Source of the DNA: Clostridia bacterium
Lineage (GTDB): Bacteria > Bacillota > Clostridia > Oscillospirales > CAG-382
Length of the DNA stretch: 64,000 bases
Reading direction: 5' to 3'
NCBI GenBank assembly: GCA_017563195.1
Contig: JAFXDO010000066.1
Span: 459 to 64,458 of the forward strand
Shown: in pieces, positions 26,249-35,836 of the stretch
Layout: each line of letters starts with the position of its first letter
Position numbering within the stretch: position 1 is the stretch's first letter
Made by a program: the position numbers and the translations under genes
Notes under the pieces: model-generated
The model's database searches: none
What the model was told of the DNA's origin: nothing
What the model saw: the letters and a program-made list of their open reading frames with translations, nothing else

Positions 26249-29200
26249 TAATCGTTAACCTCTACGTAAACGGTACATTCCTCCGACCAACCGAGATAGT
26301 TACTTATTCGATAGGTAAAGGTATCTGTGCCGCTAAAGCCCTTATTGGGATAGTATACGAACTCGCCGTTTTCGGTAATAGACACTGTACCGTGAGCCGG
26401 AGAGCCCGAAAGCTTATACAGGTTAATTTCACTTTCCTCAGGGTTCAAAGTACCTAAAACAAGAGAATTCATATTTCCCTCTGCGTACACCGGAGCCGCT
26501 ACGTCCGGAACGGGATCGAGAGTCCCCTTCATAAAGTCGTGCGTATATTCGTATATAAGCCTTATCTTATCGTCATCCGAGCGTGAAGACTTACCGAAAT
26601 CGTCAAGACCCTGATAGTACATATGGATAGCACCGTTCATATATCCGTACTCAACACCGCCGTGGAGATAATCCATATACTTTTGGAAGAATCTCGGATC
26701 ACCGAATGCAGATGAATCTATCTCCATTTCGATGCACATGCCGTAGGTCAAAGCGGAATTAACAGCGTATGCTATACGTGATTTATCAACGTTGATACTG
26801 AACGCATAGTTAGGCTGATAGCAGCAGACGTCGAAGCCGAATTCCTCCCAACGCGAGAAACCGTTAGCCTGATAATACGGAATCCAGAACAGCTGATAGC
26901 CAAGGTCATCAAACATCTTATTGACCTCGATGGCGGTATTCACGTCGGTGCCCGAGATCTCCTCGTGGAACCAGTAGAATCCGCAGAGCTCGAGGTTGGC
27001 GTATCCCATTGAATTGAACTTATTGATCACACGCTCTGCATAAACTCGCGCAACGCGCACTCTTCCCTCAATAGTCGTAAGGCTGTCGTTGTAGCCGTCA
27101 AAGTCAATATCGCCGAAGTTATAAAGCGTGTCGTCCATATGCGGGATCGTCACGTACACCTTGAGCTTGAGCTCCTCAAGTCCAAGGGTCTTCTTTGTTG
27201 TTTCGGCAGTCTTGTTCAGTGCATCAAAATTGATGCCGCTTGTAAACATTTCGTCGAACAGCGAGTTCCAATCAGAAGCGTAGTTTGTGCCGTAGGGATG
27301 TCCGCCGCTGGGAAGCGCTGCAGTAGACGGCAGGAAAAGGTAGCCGTCGAACATCGTATCAATAACGTTTCCGTCCTTATCGGTATAGCCAACGTAGGGC
27401 TTGAAGAATTCTTCATTTGTATCAGCGTAATTGAAGTAAATAAGACACACGTCTTCAACACCACCGAGAAGCTCGTCCGACGGCGCCGCAAAGCCAACAA
27501 CGTCGTATTCGCCCTTATTGATCTTATAATCATTAAGAGATGTAAGCGCGCTTGAATCGGATACGTTCTTTTTTCCGAATATCGAAATCTCGTCAAGGAA
27601 AACATGATTCTGGATATTCATGTAAACCGCCGCATAACGAGCACGATAGCTCTGATCAAGCTCAAACGTGAGCTCATTAAACACCTTTCCTTCAGACTGA
27701 GGAGAAGCATCGCCAGCGAGATACCAATTTATTCCATCCTCGGAAAGAGCAAGTCGCAGAGTTCCGGGAAGCAGAATACCCCAGTCCTCGAGCTCAAGAA
27801 ATCTTATACTGAAGGATTCAACGGAAGAGATATGTCCAAAATCGTAATAAACGGTCCTGCCGCCGCCGGAAACGAAGTGCACCCAGTCACCGCCGTAGCA
27901 GTAATCGTCTTGAGTCTTCTTTCCGTCTGTGAGCAATACGGTGCTTTCTACAGTATTGTCACGTTCACCCGTTGCGTATTCTATAAAGGAGTCGGATACT
28001 ATTTGCTGGGTCTTTCCGATAATCAGATTTTGAGTAATATCATAATCGCTTCCCGAGCTCCAGTAGGAGGGATTAGCGGTTGTCTCGAAGTCGAAATCGC
28101 CGTACATACCTCTCATTGCCTTATCGGAAGCGGCGTTTGCATACACCGCAGCCTCCTCGAGCCAGAAATAGCCCTCCCCTGCGGGAACAGAAAAGCGTAC
28201 GTAACGTGCATTTATACATCTGTCAAGCACGAGATAATAACCGTAGTTTTCCTGTTCGGTATCTGCAGCGTAGCTTCTGCCGATATTGACGTACCTATCG
28301 CCGTCGATACTTACCGAAACGTCAAGGTACATAGGTAACAGGATGTTAGAGATTTCGCGGTTAAATGCATGAGCGGAAAATGAATACACGTCGTCTCTCA
28401 CTCTACCGAGGTCAATAATTATCGACGCTCCGCCCGTATGGGACATGCCGACCCAAACTTCGCGCTCGAATGCAGAGCCGGGAGTATTACCGTCCGTAAG
28501 GCAACCGTAATTCTCATCGGTTCTCCAGTCGTATTCGTTGCAGGTGATCTCGTAATCGCATTCGTACGAAGCAAGGGCACTTCCAAGGGATGCGTCTAAG
28601 GTTTTGCCCGAAGCCACAGAATCGATATTCGACTGAAGAGTTGCGTCATTTGCATGAGTCGCACGGTAGGCACCCTGCAGCTTTCCGATATAGGTTTCCT
28701 GATACTTGGGAATGCTCGAATGAACAATAATCTCATCGATAAATACCCAAGCCGCCTTGCGAGTGAACGAGAATTTAACGTAACGGCAGGTGATATCTTC
28801 GGAAAGCTCAAGAGTGGCAAGAAGAACCTTTCCCTCGCGGAAATCGGGAATTGTCATATTTCCGAGATTGGTCCAGCTGCTCTTGTTATCCGAGGAATAA
28901 ACGGTGATGGATTGAGGAAGATCAATACCAGCATCGCTTGTGCTGAGACAGGATACCTCAAACAGATTGAGATCTACGCCGTCATCTTCAAGGTCGACCA
29001 CAACTTCAAAATTACTGTTATATCCGCTGAAGACACTCGAGCCGTATCCCGTGGATTTTGCGTAGATACCGTCTGTAAGCTCGGAAGTATACGTATCCTC
29101 ATACTGCAAATCAGCGGCAGGTGAGGTTGTGTAACGCTTGCCTGCGCTGACGATGTTTGGAACCTGAACCGTTATGGGAACGTCGCTGTCGCCCCACGAT

Positions 29201-29520
29201 TCGTCGCCGGACGTATCACCGCCGGACGTATCACCGCCGCGCTGTTCGATTTCATAGGTACCGAAGTAGTGACGTTTTATCAAAATGTAGTCGTATTGAT
29301 TAACGCTTCCGTCGTAATTAACGTCCGCTCTAACGGTTTCGTCGCCCTTTAAAATACGAGTGCCGAAATAGTGTCGCTTTACCAGAATATAGTCGTACTG
29401 ATCGATAGCACCGTCGCCATTAACGTCACCAACGTATAAATCATTGTCGACCGCAAGCGCCAAAACCAGCGAAGACAATAAAATCACCGCGGTAATTATT
29501 AACGATAAGGCCCTTTTCAT
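26248..29520 (-). CDS. Secreted modular protein: signal peptide, N-terminal dockerin, three discoidin/CBM32-like modules, DUF4855-like domain, C-terminal Ig/cadherin-like module
   Basis: Start set at MKRALSLIITAVILL (AGAGAGG SD 9 nt upstream); the track ATG is at 29529. Dockerin repeats DVNGDGAIDQYDYILVKRHYFGT / DVNYDGSVNQYDYILIKRHYFGT. Three ~150-aa modules end in ..RYV[KR]F.....W.F.DEI.V. The core is paralogous to 23650-25023 (FLFLPS..LPSGG, GFYWFHEE, FWIPYYQA, CIEMEID). Tail GTDTFTYRISN. Confidence 0.8.
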   Translation of the reverse strand: MKRALSLIITAVILLSSLVLALAVDNDLYVGDVNGDGAIDQYDYILVKRHYFGTRILKGDETVRADVNYDGSVNQYDYILIKRHYFGTYEIEQRGGDTSGGDTSGDESWGDSDVPITVQVPNIVSAGKRYTTSPAADLQYEDTYTSELTDGIYAKSTGYGSSVFSGYNSNFEVVVDLEDDGVDLNLFEVSCLSTSDAGIDLPQSITVYSSDNKSSWTNLGNMTIPDFREGKVLLATLELSEDITCRYVKFSFTRKAAWVFIDEIIVHSSIPKYQETYIGKLQGAYRATHANDATLQSNIDSVASGKTLDASLGSALASYECDYEITCNEYDWRTDENYGCLTDGNTPGSAFEREVWVGMSHTGGASIIIDLGRVRDDVYSFSAHAFNREISNILLPMYLDVSVSIDGDRYVNIGRSYAADTEQENYGYYLVLDRCINARYVRFSVPAGEGYFWLEEAAVYANAASDKAMRGMYGDFDFETTANPSYWSSGSDYDITQNLIIGKTQQIVSDSFIEYATGERDNTVESTVLLTDGKKTQDDYCYGGDWVHFVSGGGRTVYYDFGHISSVESFSIRFLELEDWGILLPGTLRLALSEDGINWYLAGDASPQSEGKVFNELTFELDQSYRARYAAVYMNIQNHVFLDEISIFGKKNVSDSSALTSLNDYKINKGEYDVVGFAAPSDELLGGVEDVCLIYFNYADTNEEFFKPYVGYTDKDGNVIDTMFDGYLFLPSTAALPSGGHPYGTNYASDWNSLFDEMFTSGINFDALNKTAETTKKTLGLEELKLKVYVTIPHMDDTLYNFGDIDFDGYNDSLTTIEGRVRVARVYAERVINKFNSMGYANLELCGFYWFHEEISGTDVNTAIEVNKMFDDLGYQLFWIPYYQANGFSRWEEFGFDVCCYQPNYAFSINVDKSRIAYAVNSALTYGMCIEMEIDSSAFGDPRFFQKYMDYLHGGVEYGYMNGAIHMYYQGLDDFGKSSRSDDDKIRLIYEYTHDFMKGTLDPVPDVAAPVYAEGNMNSLVLGTLNPEESEINLYKLSGSPAHGTVSITENGEFVYYPNKGFSGTDTFTYRISNYLGWSEECTVYVEVND

Positions 29521-29534
29521 GTTAAACATCCTCT

Positions 29535-31292
29535 CTATCCAAGATCGGGGGTGTCGGAAAATTCTATAATGCTTTGGTCACAGCCGTGAAGCTCGAAAAC
29601 GATTATTTCGTTACTTCCCTGCTTAAGCAGAGGTGCGGGTATATACAGCGTTTTTTGAGGACCCGCATCGTTCCAATAGCGTCCTACGTTAAAGCCGTTA
29701 ACGACGACAAAGCCCTTATGAAATCCGTCGAGCCTTAAGAAGCTGTCGCCGATCTCACCCTGTATATCAAGTATACCGCGCCTGAAGGTACAGGGCTTAT
29801 CATTTTCAAGAGACGAAGCAAATACAAGACCCGAAAGATCATCCATAGTAAGCGGATACATCGTCCAACCGAACAAATACTGCTGTCCGAGACGTGCACA
29901 GCGCACAAGACCCTTTTCGTTATCCGCCATCTCTGTGCCGTAATTGACTCTGCCGAGATTTTCGATGAGGATATCGATCTTAACGCTATCAATTCCGTCG
30001 CACTTTATGATGATTTCATCGTCGCGACGGTCGCGCTCCTTAATACCCATAAGGGTTCCGTTAACAAACACAAGTGCACGGTCGCGTATCGGATCGATAA
30101 TAAGCGGAGCCTCGATCTTGTAATCTATCACGGTAGAATAAAGCGTAAATCCGAAATCTGCGCCGAGCTCCTCCATCGTCTTGCTGTGCGAAGACCTGAC
30201 CGCATTTGAAATGTTGTCGAGATTATCAAACAGATAAGCGCATTCGTTAAGCGAAAGCTTGCCGTAAGCACGCTTAGGTGTGTTCTCTACCGTAAGCTCG
30301 GGAAGATCGTCGAAATACTTTTCGGCAACCGCACGAACCTCGTAAAAGCGTTTGGTGAGGTCTCCTGCTTCCGAAAGCGCAGCATCGTAATCGTAGCTCG
30401 TTGTCTGCGGAGAATATTTTTCATACATATTCGCGCCGTTATTGAATGCAAAGTTGGTGCCGCCGCAGAACATATAAAAGTTCACGTTGCCGCCCGCACC
30501 GAGCATTCCGTCAAGCTGCTCGGCAACGTCGTCGGGCACCCTGCGGTTGTGAGGGCCGTACCAGGAGTCAAACCAGCCCTCCCAAAACTCAGAGCACATA
30601 AGGGGCTCTTTTTTATTGCTTTTTGAAGCAATAAAATCAAAGCTTTCCTTCCAACGGGAGCCGAAATTACCTGTCTTAAGCAGGCCGTCGACTGTACCGC
30701 CGCCGAAGAAGAAATCCGAAGGACCGTCGGAGGTAAACAGAACGACGTCAATATTGCTCTTGCGATAGTAATCGGCAAGGAATCGGATATATTCGTGATC
30801 GTTGCCGAAGGAGCCGTATTCGTTTTCAACCTGAAGCATTATCACATTGCCGCCGTTTGTTATAAGACGCGGACGTACTATTTCAAAGATTTTGTCGAGA
30901 TATCGTGTCTCGTATTTCAGAAATTCCTCGTCCATACAGCGGATATGCATGTTTTTATGAGTGAGAAGCCACGAGGGCAGTCCGCCGTAATCCCATTCCG
31001 CGCAAATGTAGGGACCCGGGCGAATTATGCAAAGCAGCCCGAGCTCGTTTGCAATATCTATAAACCTGCCAAGGTCGAGCATACCGGTAAAGTCGAACTC
31101 GCCCTCCCTACGCTCGTGCAAATTCCAGCAAATATACGTTTCTACGGTGTTGAAGCCGCATTGCTTCAGCTTTAGCAGTCTGTCGTGCCAATACTCGGGC
31201 ACGGTACGGAAATAGTGAATAGATCCGGAAAGTATCTGTATCGGCTTTTCATTGAGATAAAACTTGTCGTCAATATAAGTAAAGGTTCCCAT
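29535..31292 (-). CDS. Beta-galactosidase, glycoside hydrolase family 35 (no signal peptide)
   Basis: 585 aa. GFNTVETYICWNLHE, acid/base VENEYGSFG, nucleophile region PLMCSEFWEGWFDSWG. GGAGG SD. Confidence 0.9.
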   Translation of the reverse strand: MGTFTYIDDKFYLNEKPIQILSGSIHYFRTVPEYWHDRLLKLKQCGFNTVETYICWNLHERREGEFDFTGMLDLGRFIDIANELGLLCIIRPGPYICAEWDYGGLPSWLLTHKNMHIRCMDEEFLKYETRYLDKIFEIVRPRLITNGGNVIMLQVENEYGSFGNDHEYIRFLADYYRKSNIDVVLFTSDGPSDFFFGGGTVDGLLKTGNFGSRWKESFDFIASKSNKKEPLMCSEFWEGWFDSWYGPHNRRVPDDVAEQLDGMLGAGGNVNFYMFCGGTNFAFNNGANMYEKYSPQTTSYDYDAALSEAGDLTKRFYEVRAVAEKYFDDLPELTVENTPKRAYGKLSLNECAYLFDNLDNISNAVRSSHSKTMEELGADFGFTLYSTVIDYKIEAPLIIDPIRDRALVFVNGTLMGIKERDRRDDEIIIKCDGIDSVKIDILIENLGRVNYGTEMADNEKGLVRCARLGQQYLFGWTMYPLTMDDLSGLVFASSLENDKPCTFRRGILDIQGEIGDSFLRLDGFHKGFVVVNGFNVGRYWNDAGPQKTLYIPAPLLKQGSNEIIVFELHGCDQSIIEFSDTPDLG

Positions 31293-31293
31293 T

Positions 31294-31863
31294 CTATTCC
31301 TCCGTGCTGACCGTTATTTGAGTCTTATTTTCAATATCAAAGTGTTTAAAGTAACGTTCCTCTGCGGGTATCCATACGTTTTGGAACGCTTCGTACGCAT
31401 CTCTTCCGTTACGATTGATAATACGTTTTTTCTGTTCCTCACAAGAAACCGTAAAAAACAACGAAACGTCGGGGCTCAATCCGTTTTCGGGATGCAGACT
31501 ATATGCGCCCTCGATAATCAAAGCCTTATCGCAAGGCACGATAACCGTTTCGGTAATACAGCCTTTTTTACAGTCAAAAACGCCGTACTCAAACGTTTTT
31601 TTAACGAAAGCCCTCGACGCCACCTCATTTTTGAAGCGTTCGACGTCAAAGTTTCCCGAGTACTCCTCGAGCATAAGCTGCCCCTGCACACGCGGACGGT
31701 AGAAATCATCGGTATGTATAACCGGATAACCGAATCGTGAGGCAAATGTTGTCTTGCCCGACGCAGCCCTGCCGTCAATCGCGATGATCATCCTGCGGTC
31801 TAAGTCAAAATCGTTGATTTTCTCAAGAACGAGGCGATATGCCTCATCTGCATTAATTCTCAT
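31294..31863 (-). CDS. P-loop kinase, uridine kinase-like
   Basis: 189 aa. Walker A IAIDGRAASGKTT. Overlaps the PHP gene stop by 11 nt. Substrate unknown. Confidence 0.6.
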   Translation of the reverse strand: MRINADEAYRLVLEKINDFDLDRRMIIAIDGRAASGKTTFASRFGYPVIHTDDFYRPRVQGQLMLEEYSGNFDVERFKNEVASRAFVKKTFEYGVFDCKKGCITETVIVPCDKALIIEGAYSLHPENGLSPDVSLFFTVSCEEQKKRIINRNGRDAYEAFQNVWIPAEERYFKHFDIENKTQITVSTEE

Positions 31864-32698
31864 TCTTTTCCGCTACTATTCGTTTGATGTTTTCGAGCAC
31901 CGAATAGGGTATCTGCATATTTCCCTGCCCAATGCCGATCTCGATATGTGGCTTCATTTTCGCGTGGTAATCGGTTCCGCCCGAGATTTCGAGTCCGAGC
32001 TCCGCCGCAAGCGATTGAAAATAATCCTGCATTTCATCGGTATACTCGTTGTAATAGCCCTCTATACCGCAAAGACCGACTCGCTTCAAACCTTCAAGAA
32101 AAGTCCTGAGATCTGCATCGTTCAGTCTTATAAGATGCGGATGTGCTACGAATGCGACACCGCCGATATCGTTAATCAGCCGTACAGCCTCATCAGCTGT
32201 AAGCGCCTGTGTACCGTCGTAGGCGGGTCTGCCGTTCGCGAGGTATTTATCGAAGCCCTCTTTAACGCTTGCAACATAGCCCTTTTCCATAAGGATACGA
32301 GCAAAATGAGCCCTGCCGATAAGCCCCGAGGGAGCGATGGCGAGTGCCTCGTCCATCGTAACGTCAAAGCCGAGTTTCTGCAGGTTTTCACAGGTATTAA
32401 CGGTTCTCTGCCAACGCACTTCATTGATTTTTTTGAGCGCATCCCTGAGAATCTCGCTTTTATGATCGATATAAAAGCCCAGAATATGCGTTTCGGTTGC
32501 AGATTGAACCGAAAATTCGATAGCGGGAACAACCTCAACGCCGTATTTCCTGCCTGCCTCGAGCGCTTCATCGATACCCGCGACGGTATCATGATCGGAC
32601 AAGGCAACAGCCCTTAATCCCCTCTCGGCGGCGTGACGGACCAGCTCTGTCGGCGTCATCGAACCGTCAGAGCAATTTGAATGTGTGTGAAGATCTAT
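31853..32698 (-). CDS. PHP-domain phosphoesterase (TrpH/YcdX-like); the first ATG is at 32659 but the conserved N-terminus extends to 32698
   Basis: The track ORF starts MTPTELVRHAAERGLRAVALSDHD. The 13 in-frame codons upstream encode IDLHTHSNCSDGS (the PHP HxH motif), begin with ATA and are directly preceded by TAA. Confidence 0.7.
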   Translation of the reverse strand: MDLHTHSNCSDGSMTPTELVRHAAERGLRAVALSDHDTVAGIDEALEAGRKYGVEVVPAIEFSVQSATETHILGFYIDHKSEILRDALKKINEVRWQRTVNTCENLQKLGFDVTMDEALAIAPSGLIGRAHFARILMEKGYVASVKEGFDKYLANGRPAYDGTQALTADEAVRLINDIGGVAFVAHPHLIRLNDADLRTFLEGLKRVGLCGIEGYYNEYTDEMQDYFQSLAAELGLEISGGTDYHAKMKPHIEIGIGQGNMQIPYSVLENIKRIVAEKNEN

Positions 32699-32707
32699 TT
32701 ATCCATA

Positions 32708-32917
32708 TTATTCTTCGTCTTTTCTTACGTGAATGCCCTTAAGGCGCATAAAGTGATTGGAAAGGCGGATTTCTTTATCGGACGGAGGGACCGTGTCGAA
32801 AAAGTGATTATATCCGTAGGTGTCCTTATATACCGCCTTTTGCTCGGTTCCGTCGGTCCAGCGTATGATGACCTTATCGCCCGAATCGAGGACGCATTCG
32901 TCTACAAGATAGCTCAT
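32708..32917 (-). CDS. Hypothetical small protein (69 aa)
   Basis: Its ATG overlaps the M32 gene stop (ATGA). No family recognised. Confidence 0.45.
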   Translation of the reverse strand: MSYLVDECVLDSGDKVIIRWTDGTEQKAVYKDTYGYNHFFDTVPPSDKEIRLSNHFMRLKGIHVRKDEE

Positions 32918-34410
32918 ATGCCGTAGACCTCGCTGAACTTCTTATCGAGATAAGCAACGTACACGTCGGGATCAAACTCGCCGCATACCATATTGAACAG
33001 ATCGGTCGGATCGTAAAGACAGCCGAATTTCCAGATCCTTTCACGAAGCCAATCATTGATAGCCGTAAGCTTACCCGATTTTACGGCAGCTTCAACGTCA
33101 ACGTCCTTCTTCATTTCCTCGAGGAGCTGTGCGCCGTAGGCGGAGCCGAGCGCGTACGACGGGAAATAGCCTATATTTGCGTTCGACCAATGCGAATCCT
33201 GAAGAACACCGTGCTTATCATCGGGAACGTCCACGCCAAGATACTCCTTGTAGAGACGATTCCATTCTGCGGGAAGCTCCTTTGCGGTTATCTCGCCCGC
33301 CATCATCTTTTTCTCAAGCTCATAACGGACCATTACGTGCAAGGAGTAGGTGAGCTCGTCTGCCTCGGTGCGTATAAGCGAGGGCTCGGATCTGTTTATC
33401 ATACGGTAGAATTCATCCTCCGAAACGCCAGACAGCTGTTCGGGAAATTCCTTCTTGAGGAACGGAAGTATAAGCGCACAGAAGATCTTGCTTCTGCCGA
33501 TGATATTCTCGTAAAAGCGGGACTGACTTTCGTGTATAGCCATCGAAACACCGCCCTCAAGCGTAGTGCGGAAAAGCTCGGGCATCGAGTTAAGCTCGTA
33601 AAGCGCGTGTCCGCACTCATGGACGACGCTGTAAAGCGAGCTCGCGAGGTTATCCTCGTAGTAATGCGTTGTAATACGAACGTCCTTGGACGTGAAGTTA
33701 ATAGTAAAGGGATGCTCGGTCTCGCCGACGCCGAAGTGCTTGCGGTCGATGTCCATAACGTCAACCAAATAGTCGGTAAATTTTTCCTGCTGAGCCTTGG
33801 GATAGTTAAGCTTCAGCTTGGAATCGTCTATCTGCTCAGCCTTACATACGCGTTCGATGAGCGGAACAAGCTTTTCGCGCAGTGCGGCAAAGAAGAGGTC
33901 GCATTTTTCGACCGTGAGACCGCGCTCGTACTTATCAAGGCAGACCTCGTAGGGATCCTTATCGGGATCGGTATAGGACGCGAAGCGCTTGAGCGTGTCG
34001 AAGGTCTTCTGCAAATACGGCTCGAAGGATGCATAATCGTTATTCTCCTTCGCCTTATGCCATACAGAAGACGATTCGGTGAGATGAACCTGAAAGTCGA
34101 TCATTTCCTGCATAGGGATCTTACGCGTATTGTCGTATTCACGGTAAAGCTCACTGACCTTTCTGCGATCGATTTCGGAAAGCGAATCGCTGTTCGCATT
34201 CAAGACCTCGAGAGCTTCAATGAACCGAGGTGCAGTTATAAGCTCGTAGCTCATACGCGAGATTTCTCCAAGGGTGAGAGCACGTATTTCGACACTTCCC
34301 TCGGGAGCCACCGTGTCGCCGTCATAGTAAAGTATACCTGCCGCGTGATTCAGTGCAGAGTTTGTATTTTCGAATTGCTCTATCTGCTTAAGTGCTTCGT
34401 TTACTGTCAT
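32914..34410 (-). CDS. Carboxypeptidase, peptidase family M32 (Taq-type)
   Basis: 498 aa. HECGHALYE zinc motif plus HPF, IRTEADELTY and GVLQDSHWS signatures. Confidence 0.9.
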   Translation of the reverse strand: MTVNEALKQIEQFENTNSALNHAAGILYYDGDTVAPEGSVEIRALTLGEISRMSYELITAPRFIEALEVLNANSDSLSEIDRRKVSELYREYDNTRKIPMQEMIDFQVHLTESSSVWHKAKENNDYASFEPYLQKTFDTLKRFASYTDPDKDPYEVCLDKYERGLTVEKCDLFFAALREKLVPLIERVCKAEQIDDSKLKLNYPKAQQEKFTDYLVDVMDIDRKHFGVGETEHPFTINFTSKDVRITTHYYEDNLASSLYSVVHECGHALYELNSMPELFRTTLEGGVSMAIHESQSRFYENIIGRSKIFCALILPFLKKEFPEQLSGVSEDEFYRMINRSEPSLIRTEADELTYSLHVMVRYELEKKMMAGEITAKELPAEWNRLYKEYLGVDVPDDKHGVLQDSHWSNANIGYFPSYALGSAYGAQLLEEMKKDVDVEAAVKSGKLTAINDWLRERIWKFGCLYDPTDLFNMVCGEFDPDVYVAYLDKKFSEVYGI

Positions 34411-34420
34411 AATAAACCTC

Positions 34421-35836
34421 TTATACCTTTATTTTTTGCCATTGACCGCTGAAGAACCGCTTCATAGAAAAGCCGAGACGCATATACTGATCGAGAATGA
34501 GGCTGACCCATGCGCCAAACAAGCCAAATCCTGCGGGATAGCACAACAGATATGCGCTGAGCGGTCGTATGATACCTATACATATCGCAGAAGTAAAGGC
34601 AACGTATTTTGTGTCGCCCGCGCCGCGCAACGCACCGTTATAGATAACCTGAGAGATCTGTCCCGGAGCGCAAACAGCGATGAAATACGTAAGTATCGTA
34701 CCGTTTTTGATAACGTAGTCATAATGTATATCGGCAGGATCCGCGAAGAGACGTACCATCCAGCCACCCGCAAAGATCATAAATACGATAAGCAAAGCGG
34801 AAATGGCAACGCCGATCCTCTGACCCGCCTTAGCATAAAGCGTCGAAAGATCGGGACGCTTTTTGCCGAGATTCTGTCCGATGAGTGCGCTTGCCGCGAC
34901 ACTTAATCCGTCACCGCAGGCAAACGAGACGGTAAGTATGTTCATTGCGATAATATGCGTGCCATACTCGGCGGTACCGAGCTCTGCGACAAGCTTGGCG
35001 TATATAAAGAATCCGACTCGCATAAACAGCTGCTCGGTTCCCGCGCCCAAGGACACCTTACCGATAGTCTTGATAAGCGGAAGCCTCCATTTAAGCATAC
35101 CGAGAAAATCGAACCTGAGATATCTTCCCTTCCGCAGTATCGAGAAAAAGCTCATCGAGAAGGATGCGATATTACCTATAAGCGTCGCTATAGCCGCACC
35201 CTTGACACCAAGCTCGGGAAATATCCAGAGACCGTTGATCAAAAATGCGTTGAAAATGACGTTGGTAACGTTGGCGACGATGTTGGTCGTCATCGAGATC
35301 TTCGTATTTCCGCTTGCACGCTGTGCGGCGTTGATGATCATGCCGAACGACGTGAACATAAGTCCGATCATGGTTATACGGAAATAGATCAATGCATATT
35401 CAAGGGTATCCTCGTTCGCCCCTGCAAGGTTCAGCAACGGTTCCGCAACAAGTACTGCCGTGCCGCAAAGCACGACGGCAAGTACCGCAACGAGCCCGAG
35501 AGCCTGCGCAAGGGTGTCGTTTGCACCCCGCTGATCGCCCTGCCCCTTACGTCGCGAAACTATAGTCGTAACCGCAATGCTCATTGCAAAGAATACGGCG
35601 TAGAATATCATTCGCGGCTGTGTTGTAAGTCCTACGGCAGCAACCGCATTGATACCCTGAGTCGACACCATTATTGAGTCGAATATGTTTACAAGACTCA
35701 TAAGCACAGACTCGACCATTGCCGGCCAAGCGATCTTCAGGAACTTTTTATATAGAGCGCCCGTCGTCGGTATATCTCCGTGCTTTTCGATTTTTCGGGA
35801 CATTCCCGATGATGTGAATAAATCAGTGAATTTCAT
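34421..35836 (-). CDS. MATE family efflux transporter
   Basis: 471 aa with ~12 TM segments. N-terminal KKFLKIAWPAMVESVL pattern. Confidence 0.9.
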   Translation of the reverse strand: MKFTDLFTSSGMSRKIEKHGDIPTTGALYKKFLKIAWPAMVESVLMSLVNIFDSIMVSTQGINAVAAVGLTTQPRMIFYAVFFAMSIAVTTIVSRRKGQGDQRGANDTLAQALGLVAVLAVVLCGTAVLVAEPLLNLAGANEDTLEYALIYFRITMIGLMFTSFGMIINAAQRASGNTKISMTTNIVANVTNVIFNAFLINGLWIFPELGVKGAAIATLIGNIASFSMSFFSILRKGRYLRFDFLGMLKWRLPLIKTIGKVSLGAGTEQLFMRVGFFIYAKLVAELGTAEYGTHIIAMNILTVSFACGDGLSVAASALIGQNLGKKRPDLSTLYAKAGQRIGVAISALLIVFMIFAGGWMVRLFADPADIHYDYVIKNGTILTYFIAVCAPGQISQVIYNGALRGAGDTKYVAFTSAICIGIIRPLSAYLLCYPAGFGLFGAWVSLILDQYMRLGFSMKRFFSGQWQKIKV

